NCBI GenBank assembly: GCA_963730445.1
Contig: CAVSRX010000004.1
Coordinates: 73,539 to 137,538 of the forward strand
DNA length: 64,000 nucleotides
Direction of reading: 5' to 3'
From: Vicinamibacterales bacterium
GTDB lineage: Bacteria; Acidobacteriota; Vicinamibacteria; Vicinamibacterales; JAMQPK01
The notes beneath the pieces were generated by a model. It had not been told where the DNA came from, searched no databases, and saw nothing but the letters and a program-made list of their open reading frames with translations. The stretch's first letter is position 1. The number at the start of each line of letters is the position of its first letter. The position numbers and the translations under genes are program-made. Positions 10,367-20,202 of the stretch are shown in pieces.

Positions 10367-12134
10367 CTAGTTCAGCGCGAACACGAACAGGTAGCTGGAA
10401 TTTTCCAGCTTGTCGAATTTCACCGGGTGCAGGTGCCGGCCGCCGGATCTGCACCGCGAGATACTGCTTCGGCCCGACTGAATACGTCACCGGCGCGCCC
10501 TTCAGCGGCGTGCCGACGTTGAACCGCCACAGCTCTTCGAGCGTTTCGTCGTTGTAGGCGACAATCCAGCCGTCCTGCAGCGCGGTAAACACCACGCCGC
10601 CCGCCGTCGACAGCGTCCCCGAGCGTATCTCGATGTCGGTTACCGCCTTCGCGATCACCTTGTGATTCATGGCGTCGTACGCGGTGATCGATCCGTAGTA
10701 GAGATCGCTCGAATACGTGCGCTTGGTCGTGTTCTTGTCGTCGATGCCGCCGTCGGGCGAGAGAAACGCGACGGTGTGGCCGTTCTGGGAGTAGCAGCCT
10801 TCGGTGCCCACGCCATACGCAATCTTCTTGACCGGGTTATACGATGTCGGCTGATGCGCGATGCCGCCGTGCCAGGTCGGGCAGGTGCGCTTCATCGGAT
10901 CGCCGCGAAGCGCGCGCGCAGCCGGATTGTAGATCTGCACATCGAGCTTCGGATTGTATTCAACGGGCTTGCCGGTCTCGGGATCGAGCCCTTTGGTCCA
11001 GTTCACGTCGTTCACGTACTGGCTGCCCTTGATGAAGCGGCCATTGGTGCGATCGAGGGAATAGTAAAAGCCGTTCCGGCCGAAGTGGCCGACGACCTTG
11101 CGATTCACCTTGTCGATCATCGTGTCGTACAGCATATGCACGCCCACCTCGTCGTAGTCCCACGAGTCGTTCGGCGTGTACTGGAAGTACCACGCGAGCT
11201 TGCCGGTATCGATGTTCAGCGCGACGACGGCGTTGGTGTAGAGGTTGTCGCCGGGGCGCGCCTGCGGATCGTAGGTCGGCACGGGGTTGCCGGTGCCCCA
11301 GATGGTGAGCCGAGTCGCCGGATCGTACGAGCCGGTCTGCCAGATGCCGCCGCCGCCGGTTTTCCAGGCGTTGTTCTTGTCCTTCCAGGTCTCGCTGCCC
11401 GGATCGCCCGGCTTCGGCACGACATACCAGCGCCACAATTCGTCGCCCGTGCGCGCATCGAGCGCCGCAATCCAGCCGCGAGTTCTTCCGTCGCCCGCGC
11501 CGTTCACGACGATGACCTTGCCTTCGGCGGTGATGGGCGCGGTGAAGAATTTTTCGCGGCTGCCGAACTCGTTGGTGACCGCCACCTTCTTGTCCCACAC
11601 GATTTCGCCGTTCGCGCGGTTCACCCCTATGACGCGTCCGTCGGGCAGGTTGGCGATGACGAGGTCTTCCCACAGCGCGATACCGCGCGACCGCGACACG
11701 TTGCCTTCGTGTCCCACGCCGGGGTCGGTCACCCAGACGAGCTCGCCTTTGTTCGGCGCGCGCGCGTCGATTTTGTAGAGGGTGCCCCAACCGTCGGTCG
11801 TGTACATGAACCCGTTGTCGATGAGCGGATTCACTTCGCTCTCCGGGCCGTTCTGACCGACGTCCTGCATGCCGCCGAGCGCCAGCGCCCAGACCATGCG
11901 CAGGTCCTTCACGTTGTCGCGATTGATTTGTGACAGCTTCGAATATCTCGTGGAGGCGTAGTCGCCGTTCATCATGAGCCAGTTCTGCGGCTCATTCTGC
12001 GCGTTGACCAGCCGGTCGCGGTTGACCGTCATCGAGTACTGCCCAACGAGAGTAGCGGCCGTTACAGCCACGACCGACACGCCGCCGATCACGGCGGCAC
12101 CGAACCTCGAGCTCTTCCGCGCGCCTGGTTGCAT
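10367..12134 (-). CDS. PQQ-dependent dehydrogenase (alcohol/methanol superfamily, divergent), frameshift near 10445
   Basis: RYSKLSQINRDNVKDL, GGGIW, WGTGNP, DNLYTNAVVALNIDTGKLAWYFQYTPNDSWDYD; corrected C-terminus ...SYLFVFALN* at 10367; ATG 12134 after GGAG. Confidence 0.9.
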
Positions 12135-12213
12135 TCGCGTCTCCTTGGAGTGATGTGGGATCGTCGCGATACTAAGCCCGCGGCACATCTGGCGCAACCA
12201 CGAATGATGGCCG

Positions 12214-13750
12214 CTAGGCCGATTTGATAGCCAGCGTTTCGGCAGGCAGGTATCGTGAGACGAGGGTCGTGATGGCCCCCGGATTGACGTCCACGAAGCG
12301 GACCCCCGCCCGGTACATGGCAGACGTCTGTGCGCGTGTCGATTCCAGTTGGGCCCACACGACTCGCCCCTCACAGGTAAGGCGGCCGCTCTCGCCTGCA
12401 AGCGCGACGCGCACGCAGCGATTCGGCCGTAGGGCGGTCGGCGACATGATTTGTACGCCCAGCGCGGAGAGATCGACGAGCGTGCTCGTGACCCCGTCGA
12501 TCAACACTTCGACCGCGTCGGTCACCTTCACGCGGCGAGCCTGGCGGCTGACTGCGTATTGATCGGCGTCGTTCCTCTCAGAAGGGGAGCTTGCCGCCTG
12601 TGCCGATCGCTTTGTCTCAACCGGCGACTCGAGATCAATGGAGGATTCAGTGCGGCTCAGGCGCTGGTTCACGCATCCGACCAGAACCTCTGCGATCGTC
12701 TCTGCGATGCGTAAACGATCCACCGGGTGGTCTGACCGGGTTCTGCGCGTACGCCACAGCCATGACGCGCCCGTGCGCCAGCAAGGGCAGCGCTATCGCA
12801 TTCACACGCGGCATCTCCCCTTGCTCTGCCGTGCCGGCGCCAGGCGCCGCTTCCTCTGTCACCGTCGTACGGTACTTGGCGGCCCGTGCTAACGGCGACT
12901 CGCTCTCAAACGAGACGTGCGGCGGGACAGACGCTGAATCGCCACCGCGGCGTCTCCACAGCTTCAAGCCCTTGCCCCTCACGGCAAACACCGCAACCGT
13001 CGCAAAGCTGTCGCTGAGATGCTCGATCAGCGTTGAGAGGAGCTCATCAGTCCTCACACTGCGGAGTTCGTCGAGGCTGTTCTTGAGACTCTCGAACACA
13101 GGATCGCTGCTGCCTTTGGCAGGGGAGGGTTGCGACTGTGCCTGTGCCTCCAGATGGAGCAGCCGTTTTTCCAGCGCACTCACGCGCTCTCCTGACAGGT
13201 GCGCTTCGAGTCTGCACGACTCGGCTTCTGCTTTGGCCAGCACAATCTCCTGGCGGGCAGCGTCCAACTGCATCGTCAGCATGGTCCGCCGCTGAACTTC
13301 TTCTTCAAGGCGCGCGTCGGCGACTTGTCGCATGCGTCCGGTCTGCGCATGTGCCTCTTCGACGGCCGCAATTCGCTTCGCAGCTTCGTCCAGGCTGGCG
13401 GCGAGCTCATCCCGCTTGCCGCGTATCGCGATGATGTCGCGCTCGGTTTCCGCCAGATGTGCCTCGAGCGCCGTGCGCGCGGCGTCAAATTCCGCGCGTG
13501 CGGTTTCAAAATCGGCCTGGAGGCGAGCGCGAACACTGCTCAATTCGGACTGTGCCGCCGCCTCTGCCTGGCCGCGCGCATGCGTGACGGCCGCCTTGAG
13601 CTCTTCAGCCGCCACGGCGTGAATGTCGGCAGTGAGTTGCTCGAGGACCTCGTCGTTACGGGAAACGATATTGCCGAGGGCCGTGCGAAGGTCGGTTGAG
13701 ATTGCAGTACGCCACAGTTCAGTCTGCTGGCGTAGTCGTGATTCAGTCAT
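12214..13750 (-). CDS. Coiled-coil protein with C-terminal PilZ domain, frameshift near 12720
   Basis: Long Ala/Glu/Arg heptad region, GAF-like middle (IALPLLAHGRVMAVAYA), PilZ motifs RQARR and DLSALG, GRVVW, AGVRF. Confidence 0.75.
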
Positions 13751-13791
13751 GGGGCGCTCAGAGGCGGAAGGCAATCACGATTGCCTGCTTG

Positions 13792-13806
13792 GCAATCCGC
13801 ATGCCG
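13792..13806 (-). promoter_or_regulatory. Putative sigma54 -24/-12 promoter of the PilZ gene
   Basis: Minus strand CGGCATGCGGATTGC, GG-N10-GC, ~40 nt above ATG 13750; palindrome GGCAATC-AC-GATTGCC at 13770-13785 just downstream. Confidence 0.65.
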
Positions 13807-13910
13807 TTTGCGATCGGCTGCAACTGCTTGATTGTGCAGCAGTGGCCTTGCCGATTCGTGCGGAGGATGATCGAAAAGTGGAATTTGTGCTTGCAGAATT
13901 GTCAGGCCAA

Positions 13911-15251
13911 TCAGAACGCCAGGCGCCGATGAAACTCCCGTCTGAGCAGCAAAAGGTTCATGCCGAGCTGCAGAATCGTCGCGCCGACCGACAAATACCA
14001 CACCCAGCGGAGCTCGAAGCCCGGCATGCGCGACAGCAGGATCGCCGGAATCGCGACGATCAGGATGCGGGTGAACGACGCGATGACCGGAGGAATCGTG
14101 TTGCCCATCGCCTGGAACATGCTGCCGTTCACGTAGATGATCCCCGATGCCACCGTGCCCCAGGCGATGATGCGCAGGTATTCGGCGCCGACCGCAATGA
14201 CGGCGGCGTCTGAAGAGAAGAACCGGATCATCGGCTCGTCGGCGAACAGGCAGGCGGCCGTGACGAGCCCCGTCACGCCGGTCACCATCAGTACCGCTTG
14301 CTTGAATGTTTCCCTCACCCGGTCGCCTTTGCGCGCGCCGAAATTCTGTCCCGCAACCGGTGCCGCGGCGAAGCCAAGCGCGACGATCGGCATGAATCCA
14401 GCCTGGATGATGCGCTGCCCGATGCCAAACCCCGCCTGCCCGGCCGCACCAAACGGCCGGCTCACCGTGTAGACGACGAACAGATACACCGCGATGAAGG
14501 CGAACTCAACGCCCGCCGGCAATCCGATCTTCAGGACCTGCCACCACATGCCGGCGTGCGGCCGGAAGTGCGGATGCAACTTCAGGTACGACGCGGATTC
14601 GAAGAAATAAAACGCCAGCCAGAACGTGCCGATGATAATCGCGATGAATGACGCCAGGCCGGCCCCCGCAACGCCCATTGGCGCCGTGCCGAGCCAGCCG
14701 AACATGAGCGCCGGCGCGAGCACGATGTTGATGATCACCGTCGCCGTCTGCACCACCATGCCCGGTTTGAAGTTGCCGGTGCCGCGCAGCGCCGCGCCCA
14801 TCACCACCATCGGAAACTGAAGCGCCATCGCGGGAATGAACCAGGAGAGATAGGCCGTCGCGGCCGCTGCGCTCACGACGTCAGGGCTCAGCGATCCCAC
14901 GTACCACTCGCGCAGCGCCGTCACGATAATCAGGAACAGGGCGCCGATGAAGGCCGCCAGCAGCAGCGACTGCGTCAGCACCTGCTGCGCCTGCTCGCGC
15001 TCTTTGCGCCCCGCCGCATGCGAGATGAGCGTCGTCGTGCCCACCGCAAGCATCTGCGTGATGGCGAGGACGATGAATGTGAGATTGCCCGCGATGCCGA
15101 CGCCGGCAATGGCTTCTTTCCCGAGGCGGCCGACCCAGTAGAGGTCGACGAGGAAGTACAGCGTCTGAAAGACCATCGTCACCAGCATGAAGCCGGTGGT
15201 TTTCAGAAGATGGCGTGAAATGCTGCCGGTAGTGAGATCCTCCACGTGCAC
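13911..15251 (-). CDS. MATE-family efflux transporter
   Basis: 446 aa, DLTTGSI start, VDLYWVGRLG, NIVLAPALMFG, GAGLAS, GQNFGA; ~12 TM. Confidence 0.93.
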   Translation of the reverse strand: MHVEDLTTGSISRHLLKTTGFMLVTMVFQTLYFLVDLYWVGRLGKEAIAGVGIAGNLTFIVLAITQMLAVGTTTLISHAAGRKEREQAQQVLTQSLLLAAFIGALFLIIVTALREWYVGSLSPDVVSAAAATAYLSWFIPAMALQFPMVVMGAALRGTGNFKPGMVVQTATVIINIVLAPALMFGWLGTAPMGVAGAGLASFIAIIIGTFWLAFYFFESASYLKLHPHFRPHAGMWWQVLKIGLPAGVEFAFIAVYLFVVYTVSRPFGAAGQAGFGIGQRIIQAGFMPIVALGFAAAPVAGQNFGARKGDRVRETFKQAVLMVTGVTGLVTAACLFADEPMIRFFSSDAAVIAVGAEYLRIIAWGTVASGIIYVNGSMFQAMGNTIPPVIASFTRILIVAIPAILLSRMPGFELRWVWYLSVGATILQLGMNLLLLRREFHRRLAF

Positions 15252-15354
15252 ATAGTGTATAACCCTTGCGGTTTCTGGTTTTTGGTTTCTGCGGTCGGCA
15301 CGTATTCAGTTCAGGTTTGTCACGGGCAGTAACGGTCGATTGGAGTAGTTGGAG

Positions 15355-15882
15355 CTACGCCATGCCGGGGTAGTGCTTTTCGCTGCACGACGGGCAGATG
15401 CCGTGGGAGAACTCTGCCTCCGATCGCCGCGAGATGTAGGCTTCCATCCGTTCCCAGTCGCCCTTGTCGTTGCGGATGTTCTTGCAGAACGCGCAGATCG
15501 GGAGCAGCCCTTCGAGCACTTTCAGCCGGCGCTGCAGTGCGCGCTCGAACTCGGCGAGGCGCGCGAACCAGAGCGCCAGAAAGATAATCACCACACCGCG
15601 AAACGCGGTCGCCAGCGCGAGTCCCGCCACGTTCTCCGATGCAATATTCGGCATGACGAGGAACAACAGGCGAAACACCGGCACCGCGATCGCTAAGCCC
15701 ACTGCGGACCACATGCCCGAGTACCACGCGGCCAGAATGACGGGCAATACGTACACGACTGGAAAATTCACCGCCTCGGAGGTGAGGTAATCGATCCAGA
15801 GCATCGCCGCGCCGAGCGCCACCCACCACAGCGGTTGAATGCGGCCCGACGGAAGCAGCCACCACGGACGCGTCGTCGTCAT
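15355..15882 (-). CDS. Small membrane protein with C-terminal CxxC...HGICPxC domain
   Basis: Four TM segments then GLLPICAFCKNIRND..WE..EAYIS...FSHGICPSC. Confidence 0.8.
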   Translation of the reverse strand: MTTTRPWWLLPSGRIQPLWWVALGAAMLWIDYLTSEAVNFPVVYVLPVILAAWYSGMWSAVGLAIAVPVFRLLFLVMPNIASENVAGLALATAFRGVVIIFLALWFARLAEFERALQRRLKVLEGLLPICAFCKNIRNDKGDWERMEAYISRRSEAEFSHGICPSCSEKHYPGMA

Positions 15883-15925
15883 TACTGCGTCAGTATCTCA
15901 TGCGCGACGGGCGTAGAATGCGCCG

Positions 15926-16564
15926 ATGCTCCGCACATCGCGGCAGGTTGTGATCGTCGGAGTCAGCTTGCTGCTTGCGGCGGCGATGGGTCTCTTCGTC
16001 GTCCGTTCCAAATCTGATACCGCTACGCTCGCTTTCTGGTTCGAAAGCATTAGTGAAGATGCGATGAAGACGCTGCCCGACAGATTGGCTGGTGGTATTT
16101 CGCCAGACGACATGAAGACGATTGAGAAAATCTCGCGTGATGAGATTGTTCGTGCGTTTCGTCAGTATCCCATTTCGATCGTTGGCCGCACCGCCGGGCT
16201 GTATCACGTGCGCGTCGTTGACAGTCTCAACAGCGCGGGAGGTGGTTCCGCGGAATCCCACGTGTTTCCAGGACTCGGGGGCCAGGGGTTTATCAACTTC
16301 CGAAATCTCGCGCACGGCGCAATTGCGTATGCGCCGGCAGACGCCGATCGGCAGGAGATCGTCGCTGCGATCGGTCGCGGAATCGGCCGCACCGCCGTTC
16401 ATGAATTTACGCATCAGCTCCTCGGCAGGCATGCCCGCATAGACGACTCAAAGGACATGCAGAGCTACGAACACGGCTCCGCGAATCGGCGCGAACAGTA
16501 CTACGGCGAGATGCGCTGGGATATCGCAGCGCCGATGCTGAAGCAGAAATTCGGATTGAAGTAG
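15926..16564 (+). CDS. Exported hypothetical protein, possible zincin metallopeptidase
   Basis: N-terminal hydrophobic anchor; TAVHEFTHQLLG HExxH motif. Confidence 0.6.
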   Translation: MLRTSRQVVIVGVSLLLAAAMGLFVVRSKSDTATLAFWFESISEDAMKTLPDRLAGGISPDDMKTIEKISRDEIVRAFRQYPISIVGRTAGLYHVRVVDSLNSAGGGSAESHVFPGLGGQGFINFRNLAHGAIAYAPADADRQEIVAAIGRGIGRTAVHEFTHQLLGRHARIDDSKDMQSYEHGSANRREQYYGEMRWDIAAPMLKQKFGLK

Positions 16565-16570
16565 CGGCAG

Positions 16571-16631
16571 GTCCGCCTAAAGGCAGACACTACCGATGTG
16601 CACCGTCGGCCGACCTGAAGGTCGGCACTAC
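16571..16631. repeat. Pair of GTAG-family REP-like palindromes
   Basis: GTCCGCCTAAAGGCAGAC-ACTAC (16571-16593) and GCCGACCTGAAGGTCGGC-ACTAC (16609-16631), each a hairpin followed by CTAC. Confidence 0.75.
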
Positions 16632-16669
16632 GTACTGCTGTCAGCGGCCGGGAGCGCCGGTGAAACAAA

Positions 16670-17547
16670 CTATTTCGGCTGTCCGTATGCTTCCGACGTA
16701 CCGACCGTAAACTTTTTGTAATTCGAGAATTCTGAAATGCCGCGGAGCCGCAGCCGCCGGACGAGCAGCAGCCGGCCGCTCGCGATCCAGGTCACCTTCG
16801 CGGGCAGCCACACCTCGTTGTTCACCTTGCGCCGCTCGAACGTGGCAATCGTGCCCTTGTGCACGCGGGCGAGCAGGCCCATGCCGAACGACAAATCGCG
16901 AATCGCCTCGATCTCGATGCGCACCAGCTCGTAATCCGTTTCACTGATCCACGCCCGCGCCTTGAAGTTGCGCATGATCTTTCCGTCGTCGGTCTGCGGC
17001 TTCACACTGTCTTTCGGATCCAGCGTGGCGAGGATCGTGACGTGTCCGTCGATCGGCTCGCGGCGAATCATGCGGATGTCGTAAATGCGAAACAGGTCGT
17101 CGATGGCCGCGTTGGTTCGGCGGCGGGCCTGTTCGCGTTCGCGCGCCGCTTTCTGCCGCTGCGGCTCCGAGGCCTGCGACTTTACGTATGCGTCGACATC
17201 TTCCTTCCGCTCGCGATCCTGCCGTGCGAGCTGGTCGGCCGCCACCCGCTGGCCGTTCTCTTCGATGAGCCGCCGGTATCGCTCCTGGCCGGGCAGCCCG
17301 GGATAGATCTCGTATGTCTTCACGGTCTCGCTCGTTTGGACGGCCGGAGCTGTCGACCTTCTGCTCGGTGCGGCGCTCGACGTAGACGTAGCCGCTCTGG
17401 CGCTCCTCGTCGGTCGCCAGGTGTTTTCGCACCTGCGGCAGAGAAGGTGTTGAAGTCGGGGAGGGGCTTGCCCTGAGCCGCGTCGAAGGGGCGCTCCTGC
17501 GCCAGAGGGGCAGCGACCAGCACCAGGGCGATCACCAAAGGGCGCAT
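16670..17547 (-). CDS. Exported hypothetical protein, frameshifts near 17435 and 17340
   Basis: Signal peptide MRPLVIALVLVAAPLAQ; three frames join to RKHLATDEERQSGYVYVERRTE...YRRLIEENG...AWISETDYELVRIE...EVWLP...FSNYKKF. Confidence 0.75.
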
Positions 17548-17584
17548 AGTTGATTATCGCGCACGATGTTAGGATCGGCACATC

Positions 17585-19231
17585 ATGCGCAGATATCTCC
17601 TCGTCCTGCTTGCGGTGTGCTGCGTGTCGACGGTCGGGGCCAGCCAGGCGCCGCCTGCGACAACGCCCCCGAAGCTGATCCTGGTGATTTCGATCGATCA
17701 GATGCGCTCCGATTTCGTGGATCGCTTCGCGCCGCTGTACCGCTCGGGTCTCAAGACGCTCATCGATCGGGGCGCGGTGTTTTCGAACGCCAAGTATCGC
17801 CACGCCGCCAACGAGACGGGGCCGGGGCATTCGGTTCTGCTGACCGGCTCCGATCCGCTGCACTCAGGAATCGTCGCCAATGACTGGTGGGATCCGTATC
17901 TGGCCCGCATCGTCAACGTCATCGACGATCCGGTCCAGACGCCGCTCGGCGGATCCGGACGTGCGTCGTCGCCGGCGAATCTGCTGACGTTCACCGTCGG
18001 CGACGTGATGAAGAGCAGGAATCCGCGCTCGCGCGTCGTCGGCGTGGGCATGAAGGATCGCTCGGCCATCCTCATGGCAGGCCGTCGCGCCGACGCGGCG
18101 TACTGGTTCGAGAACGCCGGCGGTAATTTCATCACCAGCACCTACTACATGGATGCGGCGCCCGCGTGGCTCAACGACTGGAACCGCCAGCGCCATGCCG
18201 ATAAATTTGCGGGGCAGACCTGGAACCGCCTCATCGACGATGCGGCGCTGTATGAGAAGTACGCCGGCAAGGATGCCATCGAAGGGGAGCGCGATCGGAT
18301 AGACATCACGTTCCCGCATCCGATCGTCGCGAAGCCGCCGCAGACGCAGTATTACGTCGAGCTGCGGCGGTCTCCGTTCGCCGAAGAGGTGCTCCTGGAT
18401 TTCGCGCTCGAAGCGATGAAGCAGCACGATCTCGGCCGCGACGCCGACACCGACATTCTCGCTATCGGATTCGCCGCGACCGATGCCATCGGCCATCAAT
18501 GGGGACCGGACAGCCACGAACAGATGGATCAGATGCTGCGCCTCGATCGTGTCCTGGGACGCCTGTTCGAGCAGATCGAGTCGTCTGTTGGTCTCGATAA
18601 CACCGTCGTGGTGCTGTCGGCCGACCACGGCTCGCGCCCGCTCGTGGAGATCCTGCAGATGCGCGGCTTGCCCGGGCGCCGCGTGACGCCGAAGGAAATG
18701 GAGAACGTGCTCGTCGGCGCGCTGGCGAAGAAATATCCGGGCGTCACCGATCTCGTCAGCTACTTCGCGACCGACGTGTATCTCAACGAAGATGCGGTGC
18801 GCCGTCACAACCTCAGCTGGAAAGAGGTGGAAGCGACGGCCATCGCGGCGCTGCTTTCAACGGGCGTCGTCGAAAAGGTGTACACGCACGACGATCTGCG
18901 AAGCACCGCGCGCAGTTCCGATCCGTATCTCGAATTGTTCAAAAAAGCGTTCTACGCGCCGCGCGCCCCTCATTTGAATGTGCTGCTCAAGCCGGGAGTC
19001 TACGTGAACTCGGCGGTCGGCGGCACCGGGCACGGCACGGCCTACGACATCGATCGCCACGTGCCGGTTATCTTCATGGGGCGCGATATCAAGCCGGGAC
19101 GATATACGCAGGAGAGCGGGCCCGAGGACATCGCGCCCACGCTCGCGCACCTGCTGCGGCTCGAGTTTCCGCGCGAACAGGACTCGCGCGTGCTCCTCGA
19201 GATGCTCCCTCGGGCAGGCGAGAGTCGTTGA
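17585..19231 (+). CDS. Alkaline phosphatase family protein (PafA-like)
   Basis: Signal peptide, ISIDQMR, ETGPGH (Thr nucleophile), KDRSAI, DAIGHQWGP, SADHG, TGHG. Confidence 0.92.
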   Translation: MRRYLLVLLAVCCVSTVGASQAPPATTPPKLILVISIDQMRSDFVDRFAPLYRSGLKTLIDRGAVFSNAKYRHAANETGPGHSVLLTGSDPLHSGIVANDWWDPYLARIVNVIDDPVQTPLGGSGRASSPANLLTFTVGDVMKSRNPRSRVVGVGMKDRSAILMAGRRADAAYWFENAGGNFITSTYYMDAAPAWLNDWNRQRHADKFAGQTWNRLIDDAALYEKYAGKDAIEGERDRIDITFPHPIVAKPPQTQYYVELRRSPFAEEVLLDFALEAMKQHDLGRDADTDILAIGFAATDAIGHQWGPDSHEQMDQMLRLDRVLGRLFEQIESSVGLDNTVVVLSADHGSRPLVEILQMRGLPGRRVTPKEMENVLVGALAKKYPGVTDLVSYFATDVYLNEDAVRRHNLSWKEVEATAIAALLSTGVVEKVYTHDDLRSTARSSDPYLELFKKAFYAPRAPHLNVLLKPGVYVNSAVGGTGHGTAYDIDRHVPVIFMGRDIKPGRYTQESGPEDIAPTLAHLLRLEFPREQDSRVLLEMLPRAGESR

Positions 19232-19238
19232 ACATTCG

Positions 19239-20124
19239 TTATAGACCCATCAGCGTGATGTACTCGGCCGTGACGAGTACCCAGAAGTCGTCCGCAATCC
19301 CCTGACGCACGTACTCGTAGGGGAGCGTGCCGTATCCCTGCTGGCCCCACCCGGTGCCCCAGCTGTTGCGAATGAGGAACCGCTCGTTCGCATCGTCGTA
19401 GCCGACCGCCATCACGGCGTGCCCGCCTTCGAGACGATCCTGCACGCCCGGGAACGGGATGTTGCCCGAGTCCTGGACGGCGGCGTCCCAGATTGAGCTG
19501 TAAACCGAGAACCCGAACGCGAACGGCAGGCCGTTCGCGAGGCTCGACTTGAGCTCCGTCACCAGCGCGTCGCCGTTGTCGTGCCAGATGCGGTAGTACT
19601 TGAGAGCCTGATACTGCTGCGCGAAGGCGTAGCAGAACGCCGACGGCTCTTCTTCGAACTTGTTGATGAGATACGGCCAGAATTCTTCGGGGCATGCGCC
19701 GAACAGCTTGAGGGCCTTCATCGCGCCGCGCACGTACGCGCCCGTGTCGCCCTCGAATCCGTACAGTTTGCGTGTCACTTTGTAAAGAAAGCGCGCAGAC
19801 GCGTCGAGATGCTCCTGATGAGTGCGGCGCTCGAAATATTCGAGAAGCCCAATCACCGCCTGGGCCGTGCACGATCCCAGGTTTCCCTGATCTTCCACGG
19901 CCGAGCGGTACCTGGCGCAGGTCTCTGTCCGGGGGAAGCGCCGGGGCCGCGGTCTGTGGCGCGCCCTCCCGGAACAGGGCGCGAATGGGCTCTGACTTGA
20001 TCGTGTAGTCGCGAAAATCGGGCAGGTCGGGAAGCCATCCGGTTCCGAGCTCGGTCTTGGTGCGATAACGATGCGTGTCGATCCTGACGGCGGGGCGTTG
20101 AACTTCGAGCGGTGCGTTCTGCAT
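19239..20124 (-). CDS. C1 (papain-like) cysteine protease, frameshift near 19905
   Basis: GWLPDLPDFRDY N-region; DQGNLGSCTA, GGHAV, IRNSWG catalytic motifs; ATG 20124 after GAGGA. Confidence 0.9.
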
Positions 20125-20202
20125 GAGCCCTCCTCTCAAAGGCGAAATGTTGATACGGCTATCAACGCTCGAGAGAGAAAGACCGAACGGCTGGAGTAAG
20201 AT

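Noticed and set aside
13879-13895. sigma54-like TGGAATTTGTGCTTGC on the plus strand
   Set aside because: GG-to-GC spacing is 11 rather than 10 and it points into the 3' end of the MATE gene.
16571-16631. Mini CRISPR array
   Set aside because: Only two non-identical 23-nt units with a 15-nt gap and no cas genes; fits REP elements better.
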